From Trichoplax adhaerens (lineage: Eukaryota; Animalia; Placozoa), in assembly GCF_000150275.1 (NCBI RefSeq), contig NW_002060948.1:3547183-3611182 (forward strand): a DNA stretch of 64,000 bases, read 5' to 3'. Both the position numbers and the translations under genes were made by a program. The notes below the pieces were generated by a model. That model did no database searches, was not told where the DNA came from, and saw only the letters and a list, made by a program, of their open reading frames with translations. This document shows positions 55,701 through 64,000 of the stretch, piece after piece. Position 1 is the stretch's first letter. The number at the start of each line of letters is the position of its first letter.

Positions 55701-56769
55701 TAGTTAACGTGGACGATAATAGCGAAGCGTAACCAGTTTACACATGCTCCCCTTAGGTAGACGAAGGGAAAAGAAGGTAGAGCAAATCATTATTGGTACT
55801 CCGGGTACAATTTTGGACTGGATTAGACTGAAATTATTTGATCCTAGCAAGTTGGGTATATTTGTTTTGGACGAAGCGGATGTAATGATTGATACACAAG
55901 GCCACCGTGATCAATCAATCAAGGTGCACAGGTAGGGAGTATAGTGCTATGAAGACTAAATTGAATAAACTGGATCGGTATTATCGATGCAAATCGTTGG
56001 CTATACAAGTAATACTAAATGAAAGACTTGAACGTCTAGGCACTTGAAGAAAAGTGCTCAATTTCTCTTGTTCTCCGCGACGTACGAAGATCGTGTCATG
56101 AAATTTGCAGAATCCATCGTTCCAAATCCCGTTATTATCAGATTAAAACGTAGTGAAGAAAGCTTAAGCAACATTAAACAATTTTATATTCGGTGTCAAG
56201 ACCGACAAGAAAAATTCGAAGCACTATCTAATATCTATGGAACTATTAGCATCGGCCAAGCCATGGTCTTTTGTCATGTAAGCCACTACAGTAGATTGCG
56301 ATTTATAGTGCTGCTACCGAGATAATGTATGATGTGGTTTTATTACGTCTAGACTAAAAAATCTGCGCAATGGTTAGCTATGAAGATGAAAGAAGATGGT
56401 CACGCTGTGGCTTTGTTAACGGGAGACAATTCTCCTGAAGAGCGTATGTTTGTCATTGATAGGTACAGAAGTGGAAAAGAAAAACTTTTAGTAACAACTA
56501 ACGTATGTGCTCGTGGTATTGATGTGGAGCAAGTGTCTGTTGTCATCAATTACGATGTGCCTCTTGATGGCCGTGGAATCCCTGATTGCGAGACTTATTT
56601 ACATCGTATTGGTAGAACTGGTCGTTTTGGAAAGAAAGGTATTGCTATTAATTTCGTGGATTCTGACCGATCTTTCAATAATTTAAAGTCGATAGAGAAA
56701 CATTTTGGTCGAAAGATTAATCAGATTATAGCAGACGACCCTGACCAGTTGGAACAATTAGCTGATTGA
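52737..56769 (+). CDS. DDX19: DEAD-box RNA helicase DDX19/Dbp5 (mRNA export), multi-exon
   Basis: [88 protein letters not shown]. First exon [12 protein letters not shown] at 52737-52796. Confidence 0.96.
55498..55570 (+). other. GC-AG intron in DDX19
   Basis: CAG|GCAAAG donor and TTTAG acceptor restore ...KEYPQ-ALCLSPT. Confidence 0.85.
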
Positions 56770-57228
56770 GGACGAACAATGTGATCGAGCCTGGTTTATT
56801 ACCATACTCTGTATATTAGCAATATTAAGTTTAATATCACGGTGAAAGTTGTTTGATTGAAACCATGAAAATGCTATAATCTCACAGCGGTTTCGTTTGC
56901 TTTTCGATCTGTTGTAAATGATGGAAGCATATTGACGAAAAGTAGGTGTTGAAACTGTCAAAGTAGTCGTTCAATTTAAAGATTACAAAATTATCTATAC
57001 CTTCTTTTGCACGGTCTGTACGTAGGTTGATATGGAATAGTGAAGCCGTGTCTATGCTTTGACTTTCTAAAATGTATTAATAAAAGGAAACGTTGACAGA
57101 TGCATTATAGCGAGAGGAAATGGATCATTTTGAGGAGGATATTGAGTCGTACTGTTGTTGTACGTTTATACAGTACAGTGCATCTATTCAGTATACGTAT
57201 GGCAAAAATGAATTGAAGTAGTTGCAAG

Positions 57229-58590
57229 TTATTGACAGTGGATCCATTTCTGAATAAAATAAGTATAGCGTTGATTCAAGAATCCGTGCTTTAAAGGGAT
57301 TGGCTTACTGCAACAATGTGGTTGCAGACTCCACTTGCAATACGTTGAAATGGTTGTACAGTATACGAGTCGATCATGGGATGCTAGTCCTTCAAGCAGT
57401 TGTGTTGCCGACGGACTGTGTGACTCAGGGTTATTTGATTTTCTCTTACTGGTTTCAATCGTGGAGAGTAATGTACTTGTTGACACTGCTTCATCAATAT
57501 CAGATATATCTTCTTGAGCAATGTTAAGCATGCGATTCAGATCTGTCAAGGCTAAAATAGAGACGCTACAGTAGTAAGTGCAAGTCCCTGAGATATCCTA
57601 TAGATCAGAGATTTGAACTACCACTACCGTTGGTCTATGTTTTTGAAGCATGCGATTGAGATCAGTCAAAGCTAAAATAGAGATGCTACAGTAGTAAGTG
57701 CAAGTCCCTGAGGTGTCCTATAGATCAGATCATCAGAGACTTGAACTACAACTACCGATGGTCTATGTTTTTAAAGCATGCGATTGAGATCAGTCCAGGC
57801 TAAAATAGAGACGCTACAGTAGTAAGTGCAAGTCCCTGAGGTATCTTATAGATCAGATCATCAGAGACTTGAACTACAACTACCGTTGGTCTATGTTTTT
57901 AAAGCATGCGGTTGAGATCAGTCAAGGCTAAAATAGAGACGCTACAGTAGTAAGTGCAAGTCCCTGAGATATCCTATAGATCAGAGACTTGAACTACCAC
58001 TACCGTTGGTCTATGTTTTTAAAGCATGCCGTTGAGATCTGTCAAGGCTAAAATAGAGACGCTAGAGTAGTAAGTGCAAATCCCAGAGGTATCCTATACT
58101 GTATAGATCAGATCATCAGAGACTTGAACTACAACTACCGTTGGTCTATGTTTTTGAAGCATGCGGTTGAGATCGGTCAAGCCTAAAATAGAGACGCTAC
58201 AGTAGTAAGTGCAAGTCCCTGAGATATCCTATAGATCAAGAGACTTGAACTACAACTACCGTTGGTCTACAGTATGTTTTTAAAGCATGCGGTTGAGATC
58301 AGTCAAGCCTAAAATAGAGATACTACCGTAGTAATGACGAATGATCATAAGACAAGCACAAGCAGAAATGGGCGAGTGTGTTCGTTTTTTACATGGCGAC
58401 TAGGAGCATTAGCATGCTGGCTATCCGACCATGATTTACTTCTCAAAGAGACATATTGACTCCCCATTTGTATTCTCCACTGCCAAAGAGGGAGAGACAT
58501 GGCGTTGTCTCCTCGTGTGTACTCGTTGGTGTATATCCATGTAAGGACTTTTCTAATGTTATGATTTGGCAACAATTTCGCTCTCTCCAT
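57229..58590 (-). CDS. Possible orphan two-exon gene (58590-58440 + 57551-57229) whose intron holds the tandem array
   Basis: Two short ORFs can be joined in phase 1 (A|GTAAAT ... TTTTAG|CC). It is divergent from the promoter-like island at 58620-58860. No recognisable homology. Confidence 0.3.
57526..58333. repeat. Tandem array, 120/128-bp unit, 6 full copies plus a partial one
   Basis: AAGCATGC starts at 57526, 57646, 57774, 57902, 58022, 58157 and 58283. Length variants differ by an 8-bp insertion near GATCA. Confidence 0.95.
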
Positions 58591-59352
58591 GCGAATGCCA
58601 AATTGTTGAAGATTGTCTAGACCGGTCAGAGGTTCCGTTCCAACCGCATACCAACCGATTCAAGTCAGGTTCTCCGCTTCGAGGGTCCTTGCGTCTGTCC
58701 GGTTCAGGTTCAAGTTCAGAATTAGGGATCCGCCAACGGTCGGTCCGCTTACAGTACTCTCCACGGCGAGTGTACAGTACTGTAGTGTACTGTACACTGT
58801 ACCGTTACAGTGTTTACTACAGTACCGTATCGGACCGCGCCGTACCGGACCGGATAACCGTTTCTCATTCAGTATTGTCATTTGAAAATACTGAACTTGC
58901 AGCTTTGGTTGACAATTTAAAACAGTTTGGAAAATTACACGAGGGAAAGAAAGTTGCAGAACTTTCATCTGTATGCGTGGTTTGCTTTAACTAAGCCTAA
59001 AAGAGCCCAAGTGATAGTATTGAGCGTACAACATCAAGATTGCCTTTTCCCCGTAGCAAGCAGTGCATCTACGCCATCATTACTGTACTGGATAGCAGCA
59101 GCAGCAGTGTTGGAAGAAAGAAAATAAAAATTCCAATTTACCTCGCTTGCAATAAGGTAAATTAGCTCGCAGTAGCATTGCAATAATGTCATGTTGAGTC
59201 ATCATGCACGATTATCGGTATTACGGCCTACATGGATAGTTAATCATGACCCTTGTTATTTGTATGCAGACAGGCAGAGGAGAAAAAAATAATCCACATT
59301 CAAGAAAATTAATCAATGATAGTACATGTAGACAGCCGATATTGGTTGTAGT

Positions 59353-61420
59353 ATGGATTTGATACAACATGCCTTTGAAACACGACTTAGCACTTCTGCT
59401 ACAACAGACATCCAAAAGATACTCCAACTCAACAGTGGATCGGACTATCAGGACACGGAAAGTATGTTTGCATTGATTGGTGATAAATTGATGGAACTGA
59501 CATTATCTGCAATGGTATATGATTACGGATCCAAATTATCCTACATCTGATCAAAGTTCTATAGTCAATGCTTTGGCCAGTGATCGAATCGTATTTCAAC
59601 AACTATTCGATGCGATCGGTTCAACAACAATCATCCACCAGTTCAATCCTAATTGGGATGGTCAAGGGCTTACCAATTCAATATTAAACCGAAAGTTAAA
59701 GGCCTTTGTGGGTGTCTTAGTCATGCATGGCAGCTGGGATACTCTTGCACGTTGTATTAAAAAGCACTTGCTCAATTATGTTACCACATACATTGATGGT
59801 CGTGTTGATAGCAGCAAATCCAGGAATGCATCAGCAAAAGAAAATGAAAGTAATTTTCATATCCACAAAAGATTCATACAAAATCCCATCACGCACCATT
59901 TCGATACTGAAGGAGGGAAACATAGCCAAGAATTGAAAGATCCTCTTGTAACGACGACGACGACGGATACCGCTGACGAAAGCCTACCATCATCCTTTGA
60001 AGCTGCACGCAAAATGCAACTTTTACAAAATGAAATGATGCAAAAATCTCAAGAGCGAGAATACCAATCACCTAAACGTGATAACTTGAGCAGTCCAGGT
60101 GAGCTTGACTATGTATTAATCTGTCCATCGACATCAATAATCGCAACACATTTAGCCAAGGGTACAGTACATCGGTGACGTAGATTGTGTTCAGTAGATC
60201 TAGCCAAAGAGAAAGCATCTAACTAGGATATATGTATATTTATATTGATACTTCTAGGCAATGTATCTTTCAATAATCCACGTAGCGCAGTAACACCAAA
60301 AGAACAACGCGTATTTTCCGCTATTAGTGGATCAACTTGTACCCTACTACAATTTAAACAGTACGTCGCCCACCTGCCAGACATCAATGCTAGGAATAGC
60401 GGTAAAGTAGGTGATACACCGTTAATGTTACTCCTTCGAAAGACTCACTTACGAAGTGACGACGAAATACCGAAAATTGAAGTCCTTTTAAGACTTGGTG
60501 CTTCTTGGACTGCAACAAACAATCAGGGTGCATCTGCAAATATAATCGCTCGCAAACATGATAGTGCTGTCATCGATAGATTAAGGAAGATTCAACCTGT
60601 TGATATAGATGAAAGAGTGCCATTAAGCGAACCGCTGGAAAATTACTCTGTATCACCAGAGATGCAAAAGGTATTTTCAGCAGTGAGTGGAGATACTTAT
60701 TCGCTACCTCAGTTTGAAGAAGCTGTGAATAATGTACCAAACATTAACTGTAGAAATTCTGGTAAAAAAGGTGATACAGCACTCATGATGTTATTACGAA
60801 AAGACGTACTAAAATTAGAAACAGATATTCCGAAAATTAAAATTTTACTAAGCTATGATGCTTCTTGGACAGCCACCAACAATAGAGGTGAGACTGCAAT
60901 GCAGCTTGCTACAAAGCATCCATCAAACGTTCTAGATATGATTAAATTCCCGGCAAATTCAGCTAATTCCACATCAAGTAATCCAGAACAAGTAAGCACT
61001 CCAGTATCCGAAAGAGAACCAGGTCAATCGCGTGGTGTATCAAGTCAAAAATCTGAAACTCCAAATTATTCCACTAACGCAAGTATTAATTACAGTCCAC
61101 CACTTAGGCATGTTGGCCTTAGGGAACGGAAAGTAATCGATGCGATCAAGAATAGAAACTCCTCCATAGGCGAATTACGACGGGTAATATCTAGAGTTGA
61201 AAATTTGAATTTTTGTGATAATAGCGAAGTTGGAGACCCTCCTTTGATGTTGCTTTTGCGTCAAAAAGATTTAAATCTGTCGACCGATGTATCAAAATTT
61301 GAACTTCTCAGAAATTTTGGTGCTTCATTGGATTACCGAAATAATCGTAACCAATCCGCTAGGGATTTGATTTCTTCACTTGATAAAAACTTTTTCCTTA
61401 AAATCCAAAAATTTTGTTAA
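59353..61420 (+). CDS. Degenerate RNase III-like domain + three ankyrin-like modules (~635 aa if corrected); 1-nt frameshift near 59527; intron 60099-60257
   Basis: DLIQHAF...ESMFALIGDKLMELTLSAMVY / DPNYPTSDQSSIVNALASD...SILNRKLKAFVGVLVMHG..DTL.RCI..LL follows the RNase III pattern. Exon 2 has three ~100-aa repeats with ankyrin-like motifs (e.g. DINARNSGKVGDTPLM and LLRLGASWTATNNQG). Confidence 0.7.
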
Positions 61421-62879
61421 AAGTTTCTCACTGTTATCGTTTCTTCCAATTGTTAAAATAGTATAGAGTTGAGTGACCAAGTCATATCCAGAAATGATCT
61501 ATATTTTTATTCAGGAATGATTCGCTCAACATGTACTTAGACCAATCATGATTACTAGCGATTGTAACGTTTTGAACAGTTTAAATTGATCAGCAATATT
61601 GTACAGTGTGCACATCTTTGACCTTGCTTGAAACTGCCTCTAGTTCACATGGATTGGTTCCTTATTTACACTTGATCACACCAGTCTGAATTGCATGTAG
61701 GCTATGAAGAAAATATTTTATTGTAAAAGTTTTAATAGGAAGTTCCAAGGGCGTCGTTGGCACTTATTATTTATTCAATATCAATCGTTTGTTACATAAA
61801 AGCGATCATGATGCTTGTATTTTGTTTTATCGCAATATACACAAAAATCGACTTAATTCTATTAATTCAGAAATAATATTATGTAACGGTTATGATATGC
61901 CAGCGTAGCCCTATTTATTCATGGACTTTACCAACGAATACAGTAATATCTATTTAAAGTTTTCGTACTCATATTAAATTGAACGTTCTAACGACAGTTT
62001 ACTAAAAACTTTAAAACTAGAATTGAAATGTTGTGACTGATAATGACCAGTCTTGTACAGTGGTGAAAAATAAATACCGATACAACACTATGATAAGAGA
62101 GGAATCTCATATTCATCTTTGTTAAACTTCGCTTACAATCTTTATCATAACTTGCCTAGTAGTGTACGTGTAGCTACCGCAAACGAAAGAAATAGTAATA
62201 AGTTCAAGCTATATTCAATGTGTTACATATTGTGTATACAATTGTTTCGATTAGGTGAAAATTCAGTCTGAAAATGAAAACTTCTATATCTATCTTAAGA
62301 TATTAAAATTACATCATTAATGAAGTTAACAATTACGCAGTCTTGGATAACTCTTTCTACCCTGATTTAATTATTATTAAGGTTAGATTAGAAATGTTAA
62401 TTTCGATATGTATAATCGTGTAATAAAAAAATTTCGTTGTTCGCACACATTAGACTTTGTCGACTAATAGAGATATTATCTTTAAACGAAGGAAGATAGT
62501 TATTGCTTCGTTATACCAGATTAAAGGACATTGAACAACATTTATAATAATATTAAAGGCTTATGCAATGATATATTGCAAGCATAAGCTGTAAGAGGGC
62601 TAATCCAAATTAGCAATAATCTATTTGTCTAAAAACTATATTTAAAAATATAAGAGTATAACATGTTCTTCAAACACCGCAGGTATCAAAAAACATTCTG
62701 TACTCGTACAGCTTTATTTTTATCCGTAATAACATCTAGAGCATCTATTATTTTCTTGGCCTTTTAATTGCGAGATCACATCTCATAGACTTAAAAACTA
62801 GGACAAGACTTTCCGATTTCCAACCGTTTCATGAATTAATTCTTAACTACCACTCGTATTAATTATAAAAAGTTTAATA

Positions 62880-63705
62880 AAGTAAGAATCACCGACCATG
62901 AAAAATATATCAATTTCGATTATTATATTAATTTCTTCAATATAGTAATTAGAGATTACCCATAAGTTAAATGTATTTTAGCTAATATTCAACAGATACT
63001 ATTAAATCATCGCCGTATATCATAATCGTATTTGTCATACAATGTTCAATACGTAAAACATCAGCAAATCCATGAAAAATATTTCAATTTCGATTGTTAG
63101 CATGTAAAAATTGCAGATTACCAGTTAAATTTAAGTATTATGACTAGTATTTAATAAGATACAGCTGTATTAAAATTATTACTGTATATCATAATCGTAT
63201 TTGTCACAAAAAGCTCAGTAGTAGGAATCAATGATTATGAAAAATATTTTGATTTCGATTATTCGATTATTCTTAATGAGTAGTAATTACAGGTTACCCA
63301 TTCAGTTAAACATTATGGCGAGTATTCAACAAGATACTATTAAAAATTGAAATCGTTGCCGACATCATAATCGCATTTATCGCAAAAAAAGCTGAATAAT
63401 TAAGAATTAACGAACATGAAAAATATTTCAATTTCGATCGTTAATGTGTGGTAATAAGAGATGACTGGTTAAATTAAAATATTATGGCTAGTTATCAATA
63501 AGATCTATTAAAATTAAAATCGTTGCCAATATCATAATCGTATTTATCGCAAAAAAGCTGAATAATTATAAATCAATGACCGTGAAAAATATTTCAACCT
63601 CGATTGTTAAATGTGTAGTAATTAGAAATGGCTCGTTAAGTTAAGACATTATAGTTAGTAATCAATAAGATACTAGTACAATCATTACAGTATATCATAA
63701 CTATC
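62880..63705. repeat. Degenerate AT-rich tandem array, ~165-180-bp unit, ~5 copies
   Basis: YRTGAAAAATAT...TTTCGAT at about 62897, 63071, 63236, 63415 and 63581. ATCATAATCGYATTT recurs. Confidence 0.85.
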
Positions 63706-64000
63706 TTTATGGTTATTTCTTTCAGGTTATACTTACTGTACTATTTGAAATTTAATGAACAAATTACCGTTTATTTATAGAATCTACTATCTTACAGCAG
63801 CTACTTTGTTAATACCGATTAATTAATAATAGTAGGATTCACGCCAGCACAACGTTGAAATTTTATAGCAGACTTTTTCCCTATCTAAAAAATGGTAATA
63901 GTTTTAAGCTAGTGCCCATTAATCACTTCATTACAATAACATGAAACTGGATAATGCAATCACAATACTACGATTTAGGATAAAATTCCATACAAAGATT

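Noticed and set aside
57526-58333. CRISPR-like array
   Set aside because: Whole 120-128-bp units repeat, with no unique spacers, no cas genes and a eukaryotic context.
59353-59780. Dicer, Drosha or MRPL44 orthologue
   Set aside because: Only one RNase III-like domain, with no dsRBD, PAZ or helicase and no evident mitochondrial presequence. It is followed by ANK modules.

Overview
AT-rich, intron-containing animal genomic DNA. The short (mostly 60-150 nt) introns, compact gene spacing and gene content suggest a non-bilaterian such as a placozoan (inference). Genes in order: a 5'-truncated somatomedin-B/class-B-like 7TM receptor; ZCCHC24; an eh1-motif C2H2 zinc-finger factor between two large gene deserts; ATAD3; CFAP107; ALG3 (U12 AT-AC intron); a folate-receptor-like gene; UBL5 (U12 GT-AG intron); ELP5; UBXN10; DDX19 (GC-AG intron); and an orphan gene joining a catalytically degenerate RNase III-like domain to three ankyrin-like modules, with a 1-nt frameshift. 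There are three tandem arrays (92, 120-128 and ~170 bp units). Most notable: (1) the pseudo-RNase III-ankyrin protein; (2) abundant TA-CAG-TA/TA-CTG-TA motifs that appear as 5-bp insertions inside tandem-repeat copies, matching Tc1/mariner excision footprints; (3) 5-bp-periodic CNG pentamer arrays at most putative promoters. Exon boundaries were read by eye and may be off by a few bases.
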